DNA of 64,000 bases, from the IMG/VR virus record IMGVR_UViG_3300020185_000014, positions 32,001-96,000 of that record. One strand, 5' to 3'. The notes under the pieces are model-generated. The model was not told the DNA's origin and ran no database searches. It saw only the letters and a list, made by a program, of their open reading frames with translations. Positions 9,536-19,710 of this stretch are shown here, piece after piece. The stretch is from a virus. Position 1 is the first letter of the stretch. Each line of letters starts with the position of its first letter. The translations under genes were made by a program, and so were the position numbers.

Positions 9536-10698
9536 TAATTTTGATGCCCTGTTGAAGCATATTTTGCGGCAGTTAGTGATCCCACGTCGCTCGCGTCACC
9601 ATCCGACGCGAAGGGAAAACTCTCAATATTGTCCGTTGATGTTGTTGTAAAACCGCCAGCAACCCATCCACTCACGTTAGAAGATTGTCCCGCAGATTCT
9701 CTCTTCGCGGACGCGAGATTTCCAACGGTAGTAAATGTTGAAGAACCGGAAAATGGAAACTTTTCGATGCTCGATATATTGGATCCAGATAACCCGCCGC
9801 TAACGTATCCGTGGGTTGTAGAAGATTGTCCAGTAGTGAAGGATCTTGATGCGTTCAGGTCACCCACGCCGGTCGTAGCAAAAGAGAACCAGAACGGAAA
9901 TTTATCAACGGCAGTTGTGTTGCTCGCGCCGATTCTTCCTCCGCTTCGATACCCATCATATTCTGAAGTTTGTCCTGCGGTCGCCGCAACGTTTTCGGTT
10001 AACGCGCCGACTTCTGTAGCATCAGTTCCTGCAGAAAAAGAAAATTTGTCAATGGCATCAGTAAACCCTGCCCCTATATTTCCGCCCGCAACATACCCAT
10101 GCCCCTTACCCATGTCCGTCTGACCGGAAACTTCAGATCTACTCGAAACGAGGTTAGAAACATCGGTAGCAACGAACGGCGAGTTGTAAGAAAACTTTTC
10201 TATTTTATCCGTCGGTCCTGGTTGCCCGCCGGCAACAAACCCGAACCCATTAACTCGATCAGACATTCCAGCACTTTTTGAACGCGTGGAAGATAAATTA
10301 ACAACGGATGCCGAATTTGATCCTGAGGGAAAATCGAATGATACAACCAACCTCGATTGAGACGCATCTCCGGATGAATATCCTTTCAGCGTGCCTTGAA
10401 ACGGCGTGATTGCTGGAAATTGATTGACGAAATTAGATTCATCTAGGGGAATACTGTTCCAATCGAAATTATGAGAAACTTTCCATGTATCCAGCGTTTC
10501 GTCATATATCATATTGCCGAAAGTTTTTTCTTCTGGGAGTGGTATACTATAGTTATGGTATGAAAAGAAATTCTGTAGATTCCTAATCAATTCAGTTCCT
10601 CGGGTTAAACGTCCGAGTTCTACGTTTGTATCCGCGCTGTCGGCGAGATCGATCTTTTCTTGTAGTTTAAAGATTATGTTTTCAATATTAATTGCCAT
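9535..10698 (-). CDS. Shared module plus beta-propeller (paralog 4); start revised to MAINIEN
   Basis: ATG at 10698 aligns with paralog N-termini; six GG repeats; ends GHQN. Confidence 0.75.
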   Translation of the reverse strand: MAINIENIIFKLQEKIDLADSADTNVELGRLTRGTELIRNLQNFFSYHNYSIPLPEEKTFGNMIYDETLDTWKVSHNFDWNSIPLDESNFVNQFPAITPFQGTLKGYSSGDASQSRLVVSFDFPSGSNSASVVNLSSTRSKSAGMSDRVNGFGFVAGGQPGPTDKIEKFSYNSPFVATDVSNLVSSRSEVSGQTDMGKGHGYVAGGNIGAGFTDAIDKFSFSAGTDATEVGALTENVAATAGQTSEYDGYRSGGRIGASNTTAVDKFPFWFSFATTGVGDLNASRSFTTGQSSTTHGYVSGGLSGSNISSIEKFPFSGSSTFTTVGNLASAKRESAGQSSNVSGWVAGGFTTTSTDNIESFPFASDGDASDVGSLTAAKYASTGHQN

Positions 10699-10700
10699 GG

Positions 10701-11273
10701 TTATACAACCTTCCAATTGTTTAATTCTCTATTTCTTAACATCAACTTGCTGGCATGTGTATCGAAAAGAATATTAACACTACTGTCTAACGCGGTCAAT
10801 ACCTCTGCAGAATCTACAAGTCTCGTGTGAATCAATCCCGAAGACTGCCGCTCGCACATATTGAATATATCGGTTAAGTCAAACGGATGTGAATTGCTAT
10901 CTAGTGCGTATATGTTATTATTAGTGGTCTGTAGTGCCGTGGTTAAATCGTATAGATCATCGCTTGGATATGTCCAAGCAGAATCATCATTTAAATTCAT
11001 CAACAGATTCCACGAAGATCCGTTGCTGAGATATATCTCATTATCCAAACCTGTATTCGTACCGCGAAAACTGATCGCTGATCCTTTGTTTGAGGAATCT
11101 GCAGGAAACGGAAATCCAGATCCGGTTCGCGTATATTCTGAACTTAAATAATAATTCTTGGTTCCATAAAAGTTCGCCGCACGTTCCAATACTAGAATAT
11201 CAGTGGTCGGCGTCAACTCATCAATATCAGATATTGCTATCGTTAAAACGCTTTTAAGATTATCGATATTCAT
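10701..11273 (-). CDS. Protein with one full and one degenerate copy of the shared module
   Basis: FPADSSNKGSAISF..IYLSNGSSW, then ..ILFDTHASKLMLRN..NW. Confidence 0.65.
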   Translation of the reverse strand: MNIDNLKSVLTIAISDIDELTPTTDILVLERAANFYGTKNYYLSSEYTRTGSGFPFPADSSNKGSAISFRGTNTGLDNEIYLSNGSSWNLLMNLNDDSAWTYPSDDLYDLTTALQTTNNNIYALDSNSHPFDLTDIFNMCERQSSGLIHTRLVDSAEVLTALDSSVNILFDTHASKLMLRNRELNNWKVV

Positions 11274-12418
11274 CAGTGTTGCGCTCCGGCAGATCCATGT
11301 TTCGATGCAGTTAGATTAGCAACTGAAATACCAGTTAGTCCGGACTGGAATGAATACTTCTCAGTAGATGCAGTTAACCCGCCAGATGGCGATGTATTAC
11401 CTCCGGCAACATAACCATGTTGTTTCGAAGACGCTCCAGTACCAGAAGATAGTAACCTATTAATAGACAAGTTTCCAATATCTGATATCTCTACCGGTGA
11501 ATTTGAAAACGCATACTTGTAAACGTTGTCAGATCCTAACGGAGAAAGTCCGCCAGAAACATATCCATGAGTTAATGATGAGTTGCCTGCTGCTTGAGTG
11601 ACTGGCGATGGCAACCCTCCAACAGTAGTCGCGTTCGCGTTTGACGCAAATGAAAATTGTTCTAAACGTGTTCCGTAGTTGACATATCCTTTGCTGCCCG
11701 TAGTGTCTGAAGAACCTGCGCCGAATTCGCAACCAGAGGTCAATCCACCCCACGCAGCGCCTGAAGTAGAAGAGGCGAAATTAAATTTCTCTACCCTAGT
11801 TACAGCGTTCTGCCCGCCCATTGTATACCCTGCGGCATTGATTACATCAGATGCCCCTGCGACTCTGCCCTTGGGTTCGGTTAGACTCCCTGCGGTGGTT
11901 GCGCTATTCGATGACGTGAATGAGAATTTTTGAATAGCATCGGTGCCGGCACCGCCGCTGACATATCCGTCTTCGTTTGTAGTGTCTGAATGTCCAGCAA
12001 GATGATTCGCTGCCGTGGATAAACTTCCTACATTGACGCCGTTGTTATCGCTAGAGAATGAATATTTCTCAACAACATCATTGGCGATTGGACCGCCGCC
12101 CATGGCGAAACCATATTTCGTACCCTGGAACGCAGGTGCGGCCACGTGTTTTAGGAGCGGTTTCCAATACCTTTTGTCAGAAAAAAATAAATTCTTTTCA
12201 TCTTTAACGTATGCAATCTGTTCTGGGTCAGTTACGTCGTCGAGTAAATTCGGCAACGCTCCTGCCGAATCATACATATGAATCGGATTGCCGTCGCCGC
12301 GAATAGCAATTTTAAGGAGATAAATCAAATCTTGCGAATGCGAACTGGCAGTCGATTCGTTAATTTGCTTTTGCGATATCTTTAATATATTTTTAATATT
12401 AAATGGAGTATTCGGCAT
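11273..12418 (-). CDS. Shared module plus beta-propeller (paralog 5)
   Basis: YDSAGALP..IAYVKDEKNLFFSDKRYW, FQG, six countable repeats; ends GAQH. Confidence 0.75.
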   Translation of the reverse strand: MPNTPFNIKNILKISQKQINESTASSHSQDLIYLLKIAIRGDGNPIHMYDSAGALPNLLDDVTDPEQIAYVKDEKNLFFSDKRYWKPLLKHVAAPAFQGTKYGFAMGGGPIANDVVEKYSFSSDNNGVNVGSLSTAANHLAGHSDTTNEDGYVSGGAGTDAIQKFSFTSSNSATTAGSLTEPKGRVAGASDVINAAGYTMGGQNAVTRVEKFNFASSTSGAAWGGLTSGCEFGAGSSDTTGSKGYVNYGTRLEQFSFASNANATTVGGLPSPVTQAAGNSSLTHGYVSGGLSPLGSDNVYKYAFSNSPVEISDIGNLSINRLLSSGTGASSKQHGYVAGGNTSPSGGLTASTEKYSFQSGLTGISVANLTASKHGSAGAQH

Positions 12419-12426
12419 TTTAGTTC

Positions 12427-12726
12427 CTATTCGTTAAGGTCGAATGCGATATTCCAAAAATCGCCACTGCATACATAAAGAAAATTTCCGGAACTAACGT
12501 CATCTGTTTTCGTAACAGCGAGCATACCTTTTAGATTGTCATGGGGGACGGGCAACGCTTCAAAGTTCTCATAGACCCTTCCGATATCAATTTTATTATA
12601 TTCGCTATCTCTTAAATCTTGAATCGCTTCCCATGAAACCAAAAGATCTAACGGGGATTGCGCTATCCCGATATTACCTGCGCGAGCAGACATTACTGCT
12701 GATAAATTTTGTGTGTTAATTTTCAT
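12427..12726 (-). CDS. Module-only protein
   Basis: MKINTQNL..YENFEALP..NLKGMLAV..LYVCSGDFW. Confidence 0.7.
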   Translation of the reverse strand: MKINTQNLSAVMSARAGNIGIAQSPLDLLVSWEAIQDLRDSEYNKIDIGRVYENFEALPVPHDNLKGMLAVTKTDDVSSGNFLYVCSGDFWNIAFDLNE

Positions 12727-13106
12727 AACAACGCCGGCACGAATAATTGGACATACCTAGAATTTAGAGGGAATGGTGTTGGTTCTTCTCTCGTTCCGAT
12801 ATCCTCAAAAATTTTAACCCAAGCAGATCCAGTACACAACCATAATTCCATGGTGGAATTGTATCGATATAATACTGAACTGGCGTTTAATAATGATTCG
12901 AAATACACGGTGGCGACCATGCCTTGCAACGGAAGTTCAGCAGTCGGTAAATCTGCAGAACTATCGTAATATATCCGCGCAACCTTTTTCTTAGTGGATT
13001 CGTTTACAATCTGAAGAAAATGCTGTACCGGATCAGTTTCCGAAATAGCATTCGCTTGCGTTTGTATTAAATCTCTAGTGGCGAGTGCCGCTCTACTTAA
13101 TGTCAT
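12723..13106 (-). CDS. Module-only protein
   Basis: YYDSSADLP..LQGMVATV..LWLCTGSAW. Confidence 0.7.
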   Translation of the reverse strand: MTLSRAALATRDLIQTQANAISETDPVQHFLQIVNESTKKKVARIYYDSSADLPTAELPLQGMVATVYFESLLNASSVLYRYNSTMELWLCTGSAWVKIFEDIGTREEPTPFPLNSRYVQLFVPALL

Positions 13107-14019
13107 TTTCCTTTACCGTCTTGGCAACTGTTCCAGAATACGAGATAAACTCTTTCGCTTCTGATTTAAACCCCATCAGACCCATACGGATTTGATCTAC
13201 GTGCAATACATCTATCAATTCAGCGACGACAGATTCAACGAATCCGTGAAGACCGACCGTCGTCCAATCTGAACTTGCTTCTTCTTCAGTGACATAATGT
13301 CTAATCCTTGCTTGCATTTTAGTTGGATTAACTCCAATCTGCTCAAGGTATTCTTGTTCGCCTTTTGTTATATGTCCCTGTTGCCTAACATCTCGAATAC
13401 ATTGTACTACACTTCTTTTTAAGTGGGACTTCGATTCTTCTTTTTCGAAATCTTGCTCAGTAAACCCATCAAACTTCTGTTTCATTTCTTCATAGAGTTC
13501 GTTTAGAGCAAGAACATCTTTCATCGCGCCTTCAATATATGTCATTCCAGAAGCGTTCTTTTCTTTTCTTTCTGCGATATTAAGTTTCAAATCTATTTCT
13601 TTCCAATAGTCTAATGAACCTGATTCTATTTTTTCTTGCATCTTTTTTATCGCAACTTCATTTTTAACTTGACGCCATTTCGCTTCATCTAGAGCCATTT
13701 TCTTTCGACTCATTTCTGCAGCAATCTGCCGCACATTTTTATAATCGCTATGGTAAGAAAGATTAATATGTCGCCAATCCCACTGCGAGTGGGATCGGTT
13801 CCATAAATTCTGCAACTCGTTGGTATTCTCTAATGCCGCATCGACCATTTGAGCATTTTCGGCGAGCGTCTTTCCTCCGAAACTTTTAGTTGCTGCGAGT
13901 TGCCCCTTTCCAAATACCATAGAAACGGGCACGTGCATTTCATTTTTGTCTTCGACGATTGTTACGTCTTTAACAATTTCTTCATATGTCCCAGGAAGTT
14001 TCACCTTACTCATTAACAA
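13093..14019 (-). CDS. Uncharacterised coiled-coil-rich protein heading the late array operon
   Basis: 308-aa helical, E/K-rich ORF with GGAG RBS directly behind a late promoter. Confidence 0.75.
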   Translation of the reverse strand: MLMSKVKLPGTYEEIVKDVTIVEDKNEMHVPVSMVFGKGQLAATKSFGGKTLAENAQMVDAALENTNELQNLWNRSHSQWDWRHINLSYHSDYKNVRQIAAEMSRKKMALDEAKWRQVKNEVAIKKMQEKIESGSLDYWKEIDLKLNIAERKEKNASGMTYIEGAMKDVLALNELYEEMKQKFDGFTEQDFEKEESKSHLKRSVVQCIRDVRQQGHITKGEQEYLEQIGVNPTKMQARIRHYVTEEEASSDWTTVGLHGFVESVVAELIDVLHVDQIRMGLMGFKSEAKEFISYSGTVAKTVKENDIK

Positions 14020-14046
14020 TCTCCATTAAATAATATCATCATTCAA

Positions 14047-14054
14047 TATTTATA
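14047..14054 (-). promoter_or_regulatory. T4-type late promoter TATAAATA for the 14019-3746 operon
   Basis: Exact consensus; downstream genes abut or overlap. Confidence 0.85.
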
Positions 14055-14065
14055 CTCCCAAATCA

Positions 14066-15697
14066 CTATACTGCTTTGGTAGATATGTTCAATACCGTAT
14101 CAGAATTGATTGGACTGTATAGATATTTTCCTGCACCCCCGAGCAAAGAGCGATAGTTCGCTGGATCGTGCGACGGTTCTGATATCTCGCCGTTAATAGC
14201 ATTATTCATAATCCACGCTTTCGCTTGCTCCGGAGTTGCTTGTGGATTGATTTGTAACATCATAGCAAGGACGCCCGCGACTTGCGGAGCCGCTTGACTG
14301 GTACCGGAGTAGACCCCAGACTTGAATGTCGTATTTGGCGGATATGGCCAAGCATTGATATTATTGCTCGCAAACCCTGCGGCAATTTTAGTGCCAGGAG
14401 CATATATGTCCACACCTGGACCAGTTTCGGAACTTTCGTTTTTCTGTTCTTTATTATTGCTTTTATCGACATCACGGTCAATATTACCAACGACAATAAC
14501 TTTGCTAAGAGTTTCTTTTTGCGATGTTGTAGTGCCGAGTGCTGCACCGCCTGGACCCTTTCCGCGGTTGTAAAAATAAGTTACACCGCTGACGACTACA
14601 GAGTTATCGTGATCCTGTCCGCCATCGAGATCGACTTTAAACGACCTGTTACCAGCGCTGGTGATATAGTGGATACCGTCATCAATAGCGTCTTCAATCT
14701 CCGCTTGAACGGCACTCGAAAAACTGTTAAACCTACGGTTCGTCGTTGCCCCTTGTGCAAAAGGATCTACAAACCCAAGCGCCGCGCGTTTTGCTTGTGT
14801 GTTGATCGCTGTGCCGGTGTATGTTGATCCTCGGTATGTGATTGAAGTGACATCTGAAAAATTGTATGATCTTGAATAAGACCAACTTGCATTAACAACG
14901 GTCGGGCGTTTTACACCGAGATTCGCGTCAACAGATTTATTATTATGCCATGCCCGAAGTAGTTGGAAAGAAACCAACGGGTCAATTTTCCATGAGGAAG
15001 TGATGTTAGTTAGATCGTAAATTGCTGCATTCTTCGCCCATCCATACTGTTTTCCGGCGACAATACTAGCGCAATGCGTACCGTGATTGTCTAATCTGGT
15101 GGCGCTGTAGTAATTACTAGGGAGCGATCCTGAGACTCCTGGAGTAGAATACCAGTCGTATTCTACAACTCGACTATTACCGTCGGCGTCGTTGAATTCG
15201 GGGTGGGTTAAGTGTACTCCAGTATCTTGAATCACTACGTCAACACCAGTTCCATCTAAGACATAACGATGATTGTCGTCGCTGGGTAAAATTCCATTAG
15301 CGCCATTGGGTCCCAAATCATCCCCATGCCAATTCGGCCATAATGCATTGTCTTTCTCAACAACGCGACGAAGACCCCAGTTGGTGTAATCCGCAAACCC
15401 TGGAACAACAAATTTGTCGAACCTGCCTGTTTGGATAATATCGGGTTCGATCATTAAAGTTTCGTCATCGTCAAAGGGTAACTCGATCGCAACAACGCGA
15501 GAGTCTAACCTTAATAACGCTGCTTCTTCATCCGATAACATATAGACTGTATTTCTTCTAGATAAAGGCATCGCGTCAGCAACATCTATGGGTCTAGCGG
15601 GTATGGTTTCAGAACCAAATGCACTGACCATTTCTTGATTAAATTGCCCAACATCAATACCCTTTACGAGAGTTACAATATATTGTTTTTCCGACAT
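14066..15697 (-). CDS. Subtilisin-family (S8) serine protease with N-terminal propeptide-like region
   Basis: Triad motifs VDVVIQDTG, HGTHCASIVAG, SGTSQAAPQVAG; oxyanion SAGN. Confidence 0.92.
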   Translation of the reverse strand: MSEKQYIVTLVKGIDVGQFNQEMVSAFGSETIPARPIDVADAMPLSRRNTVYMLSDEEAALLRLDSRVVAIELPFDDDETLMIEPDIIQTGRFDKFVVPGFADYTNWGLRRVVEKDNALWPNWHGDDLGPNGANGILPSDDNHRYVLDGTGVDVVIQDTGVHLTHPEFNDADGNSRVVEYDWYSTPGVSGSLPSNYYSATRLDNHGTHCASIVAGKQYGWAKNAAIYDLTNITSSWKIDPLVSFQLLRAWHNNKSVDANLGVKRPTVVNASWSYSRSYNFSDVTSITYRGSTYTGTAINTQAKRAALGFVDPFAQGATTNRRFNSFSSAVQAEIEDAIDDGIHYITSAGNRSFKVDLDGGQDHDNSVVVSGVTYFYNRGKGPGGAALGTTTSQKETLSKVIVVGNIDRDVDKSNNKEQKNESSETGPGVDIYAPGTKIAAGFASNNINAWPYPPNTTFKSGVYSGTSQAAPQVAGVLAMMLQINPQATPEQAKAWIMNNAINGEISEPSHDPANYRSLLGGAGKYLYSPINSDTVLNISTKAV

Positions 15698-15723
15698 TGT
15701 AATTTCCTTATTATTTTATTAGA

Positions 15724-18700
15724 TTAAAATTGATAAATTAAAACTGAAACCGCGCCAGAGTCGAACGATGTAAATATGTCAAAGTGTGTAGCAAAATTTC
15801 TCACACTTGCACCGGTTGCGCCAGTTGCGTTGTTTCCTTGATATGTGGTTATTACCGAATAATCGGTTATTGCGTTGTATGGAGTTGTGAATGTTATGCT
15901 ATACTGACCGGCAGCAATTTTACTAGCAGAATCAATACCAATCGATCCGGACCAAGCGGGAGTCTCTCCGAGAGTCAGACTTCCACCAATCTTCGGAACA
16001 ATTCCCGTTTCCCATGTCGCAGACCCATTTCCCGCGCTCTTTAGTAATTGCCCTGCAGACCCATTGTCCCCAACAACATCACCTATATCTAGCGCATTTA
16101 TTTCTGCTAGAACAATATCCAACACCGTTGATGAATCTGTACCTGTCTCTATTCTAGAATTGATATAATCTGAATCTATTAACCCGATAACACCTAAAGA
16201 ATCAACTGCTGGCACGACTCTCGCGTTAATATAATCCGAATCGATTAATTGTATTGCTTCAGAAGAATCTAAAAATAAACTGCGGTCGATCGTTGCGTTA
16301 ATGTAATTTGAGTTAATTATTCCAGTGACATATGACGAGTTAATTATTCCAGTGACATATGACGAGTTAATTATTCCAGTGACATATGACGAGTTAATTA
16401 TTCCAGTGACATATGACGAGTTAATTATTCCAGTGACGTCGGCGCTATCAAATGTGTTGCCGTCGATTAAAGCGAGAACTTGATTTTGAGTGAGTCCTCC
16501 TCCCCCTCCTCCGCCGCCGGCAACAACTTCAGTCCATTCAGCATGACCATTACCCAAAGATTTTAGATAATAACCGGCAACGCCGTTGTCGCCGATAATG
16601 TCGCCTATATCTAGCGCATTTATTTCTGCTAGAACAATATCCAACACCGTTGATGAATCTGTACCTGTCTCTATTCTAGAATTGATATAATCCGAATCTA
16701 TTAACGCAAGAACACCCAACGAGTCGACTGCCGGATCAACTCTCGCGTTAATATAATCTGAATCTATTAACCCGATAACCGCCAACGAATCAACTGCAGG
16801 CACGACTCTCGCGTTAATATAATCTGAATCGATTAATTGTATTGCTTCAGAAGAATCTAAAAATAAACTGCGATCGATTCTATCATTAATAAACCCAGGA
16901 GTGATCGCCGTTTGTAAAAATGCTGAATCGAGGACGTCTAGAACAGTTGGAACGACGACAGAAGAATCTACTTGAATAACTGACCAATCAAAATTAGAAC
17001 CGCCAGCGCTCCTCAAATAAGTGCCCTGAGCGCCATATCCTATGCCGAAGACCTCATTAAAGTCGATGACCTGAATATTCGCTTGAATCAAATCTCGAAC
17101 GAACTGTGTTATTTCCGCAGAATCTAACCCAATTTCTTGTATAAGGTTAACTGCTTCTAAAGAATCAATCGAATTCTTATGAATCAAATCAATAGTAGCG
17201 ACCGAATCGACACCAGAAACATTTCCTAATTCAAATGTGATTCTACTTAAAATATAATCCGAATCAATTAGTTGGATCGTTTCGTTAGAATCAAAAGATA
17301 CGCGATTATTGATATAATCAGAGTCGATCAAATTGTATATGCTGTTTGAGTCTAGACCGAAACTTCCGAAGGTTGCCCAGTTTGCTTGCCCGTTTCCGCG
17401 ACTGACTAAGAATTGTCCAGTAGATCCGTTTCCGCCGACCAAATCACCGACATCGAGCGTTTGAATGGTTGCTTGAACTAAGTCGGTCGCTGTTGTATTG
17501 ATAGTTGAAATTACCAAAGGAGTTAGGAAACTCGTATCGACTGTTTCGATTATCAAATCAATAACTGCTGGCGAGTCTACAGTTCCTACACCGCCGCCGC
17601 CAACAACAGCGTCAACCCGAAAGTTAATATAGTCCGAATCAATGATCGTTGTGATTGTACTTGGGTCTACCAAAGAATTAATATATGACGAATTAATAAG
17701 GTTAAGCACTTCGAGAGAGTCGACTGAAGTATTTTTGATCTGGTCTTCGATCTCTACGGACAAATTAACCCAAGTCGTATCGCCATTACCGAGAGATTTT
17801 AAATACTGTCCTGCATTTCCATTTCCTCCGACAATATCACCCAAGTCGATAGATTGAATCTTTGCATCAACAAGAGCAGAAGAAACATCAACAACGGTCT
17901 GATAGAAAAATGCCGAGTCGACAGTTTCGTAGATTATGTCGACAACTTCACCCGAATCAATTTCAAACGTCGCGCGAGCATTGATATAATCGGCATCGAT
18001 GAACGCAATTATTTGAGCAGAGTCTAAAACATTAGGAAGTTCCACTCCAGGAATTTCCACGTTACCTTTAACGATATTGGTTATCTGAATAATCGTATCG
18101 GAATCTTTGTCTAATCTCGACCAATAATATGTTCCGTCGCCCTTTGCATGTAGAACATCTGCAGGCGCGCCGACAGAATCAATAAATGAAGAAAGGTTGA
18201 AGTCTATTCGATCATTAACATAATCAGAGTCAACGATCAACGGAATGGCGTTTGTTGTTTGTAGCAGTTGAGCGCTGTTGAGCGACGTAGTATTAAAAAT
18301 ACCAGTTATCAGTTCTGAATCAAATTCTATTAGAGTTTTCCACGTGAAACTTGAATGACCGTCATACTTTAAATATTGTCCGGTCAGTCCAGGTTCATTT
18401 GTCAAATTATCCGTTAAATTAAAAACCTGCAACTTTGCATCAACAATATCATTTAAATATGCAGAGTCGACATACTGCGGTCTCGCGTTTTGGATAAAAG
18501 CGGAGTCGACAATAGTTAATATGTAAGCAGAATCAATTAAACTGAGTGTTGCTAGGCTGTCTATCCCGCCGCCCGCGCCAAAGTCTTCGGGCAATGTGTT
18601 AACTAAAAAACTCTGAGTGATCTGCGATTCAATATACGCTTGGTCTATAATGGTTTGGATAGTCGCCGAGTTGATTTCCGTCCTAGCGTTTACATAGTCC

Positions 18701-19710
18701 GAATCAATTAGAGTGATGATGTGCTCAGAATCTAATCCAAGCGATGTGATCGTTTTCCAAACTGCCCCGCCGGTTCCGCTTGAAATAAAGTATTGCCCTG
18801 CATGTTCTGCCTGATCGACTAGGTCTTCAAGGTCGATAGTTTGTATCTTAGCATCAACAACATCATTCAAATATGCAGAGTCGACATACTGCGGTCTCGC
18901 CCGCTGAATGAAAGCAGAATCAACGATCGATAGGATAAAATAAGAATCACAAAATTCACTTATCAAATCAATAACTGCGGGCGAGTCGACAGTTCCCACA
19001 CCGCCACCGCCGCCGGTGTTAGTAACTCTAGCATCAATATAGGCGGTATTGACTGTTTGTGTTATTAGATTAATTGCAGCGACTGAATCAATATTGGTAT
19101 CGACCCGAGCGTTGATATAGTCAGAATCGATTAAAGTTATTATTCTATCTGAGTCGAGACCTAGCGAACCGAACGTTTGCCATCTAAATGAGTTGTCGCC
19201 GTTGCTGATAAGAAACTGATCATTCAACCCAGGACTTCCAATAAAGTCCATTATGTCGATAACTTGAATCGATGCATCAATGGCATCATAAATCGGATCA
19301 AAGTTGACTCGAGTATTTACATAGTCCGAGTCAACTAACTGAATTATCTCAGAAGAATCTAACCCAATTCCAAGTCGAATCAACGACCAATTATCTTTAG
19401 CGTTTAATAGATTACCTGTATTAGAATCGCGATATTCGCCCGCCAGCATACTGTACTTGTAGTATTGTTGCCCATCTATGGTAGACAAAGAATCGTGGGC
19501 AGAATCGATATTTGTTTTTTGAACATAAACGATCATGCCGTCTTGCAATCGCTGCCCGCTGATGTTAGATAAACGATCCGCGGAGTCGCCTGTTATTGTA
19601 CGAATCCCGCCGCGAATTTCTGCATCGAGAACAATTGGGTGTTTAGCAGAAGGACTCCACGTTCCTGGCCATTGGTTGATCGTCAACCCATATGTATCTT
19701 TAACCGCCAT
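15724..19710 (-). CDS. Large repetitive Asp-Ser-rich virion fibre-like protein
   Basis: 1328 aa; recurring LIDSDYINARV units separated by GQ(Y/F)LxSxGxGxxxW segments. Confidence 0.7.
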   Translation of the reverse strand: MAVKDTYGLTINQWPGTWSPSAKHPIVLDAEIRGGIRTITGDSADRLSNISGQRLQDGMIVYVQKTNIDSAHDSLSTIDGQQYYKYSMLAGEYRDSNTGNLLNAKDNWSLIRLGIGLDSSEIIQLVDSDYVNTRVNFDPIYDAIDASIQVIDIMDFIGSPGLNDQFLISNGDNSFRWQTFGSLGLDSDRIITLIDSDYINARVDTNIDSVAAINLITQTVNTAYIDARVTNTGGGGGVGTVDSPAVIDLISEFCDSYFILSIVDSAFIQRARPQYVDSAYLNDVVDAKIQTIDLEDLVDQAEHAGQYFISSGTGGAVWKTITSLGLDSEHIITLIDSDYVNARTEINSATIQTIIDQAYIESQITQSFLVNTLPEDFGAGGGIDSLATLSLIDSAYILTIVDSAFIQNARPQYVDSAYLNDIVDAKLQVFNLTDNLTNEPGLTGQYLKYDGHSSFTWKTLIEFDSELITGIFNTTSLNSAQLLQTTNAIPLIVDSDYVNDRIDFNLSSFIDSVGAPADVLHAKGDGTYYWSRLDKDSDTIIQITNIVKGNVEIPGVELPNVLDSAQIIAFIDADYINARATFEIDSGEVVDIIYETVDSAFFYQTVVDVSSALVDAKIQSIDLGDIVGGNGNAGQYLKSLGNGDTTWVNLSVEIEDQIKNTSVDSLEVLNLINSSYINSLVDPSTITTIIDSDYINFRVDAVVGGGGVGTVDSPAVIDLIIETVDTSFLTPLVISTINTTATDLVQATIQTLDVGDLVGGNGSTGQFLVSRGNGQANWATFGSFGLDSNSIYNLIDSDYINNRVSFDSNETIQLIDSDYILSRITFELGNVSGVDSVATIDLIHKNSIDSLEAVNLIQEIGLDSAEITQFVRDLIQANIQVIDFNEVFGIGYGAQGTYLRSAGGSNFDWSVIQVDSSVVVPTVLDVLDSAFLQTAITPGFINDRIDRSLFLDSSEAIQLIDSDYINARVVPAVDSLAVIGLIDSDYINARVDPAVDSLGVLALIDSDYINSRIETGTDSSTVLDIVLAEINALDIGDIIGDNGVAGYYLKSLGNGHAEWTEVVAGGGGGGGGLTQNQVLALIDGNTFDSADVTGIINSSYVTGIINSSYVTGIINSSYVTGIINSSYVTGIINSNYINATIDRSLFLDSSEAIQLIDSDYINARVVPAVDSLGVIGLIDSDYINSRIETGTDSSTVLDIVLAEINALDIGDVVGDNGSAGQLLKSAGNGSATWETGIVPKIGGSLTLGETPAWSGSIGIDSASKIAAGQYSITFTTPYNAITDYSVITTYQGNNATGATGASVRNFATHFDIFTSFDSGAVSVLIYQF
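16082..16875. repeat. Near-identical internal duplication (~16082-16280 vs ~16604-16875)
   Basis: IDRSLFLDSSEAIQLIDSDYINARV..TDSSTVLDIVLAEINALDIGD occurs twice with long identical DNA runs. Confidence 0.85.
16310..16437. repeat. Perfect 27-bp in-frame tandem repeat (~4.7 copies) encoding VTGIINSSY
   Basis: gagttaattattccagtgacatatgac starts at 16310, 16337, 16364, 16391 and (partial) 16418. Confidence 0.95.

Noticed and set aside
9629-10123. Long plus-strand ORFs opposite structural genes (also 14282-14827, 38319-38951, and 45974-46441 on minus)
   Set aside because: Antisense shadows of genes with recognisable motifs; no RBS or family features
5334-12418. Propeller paralogs as DGR targets or invertible cassettes
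   Set aside because: No reverse transcriptase or recombinase in the window, no adenine-specific near-identical repeat pair seen, all genes co-oriented and highly diverged
16310-16437. 27-bp repeats as a CRISPR array
   Set aside because: Head-to-tail with no spacers, in frame within a CDS
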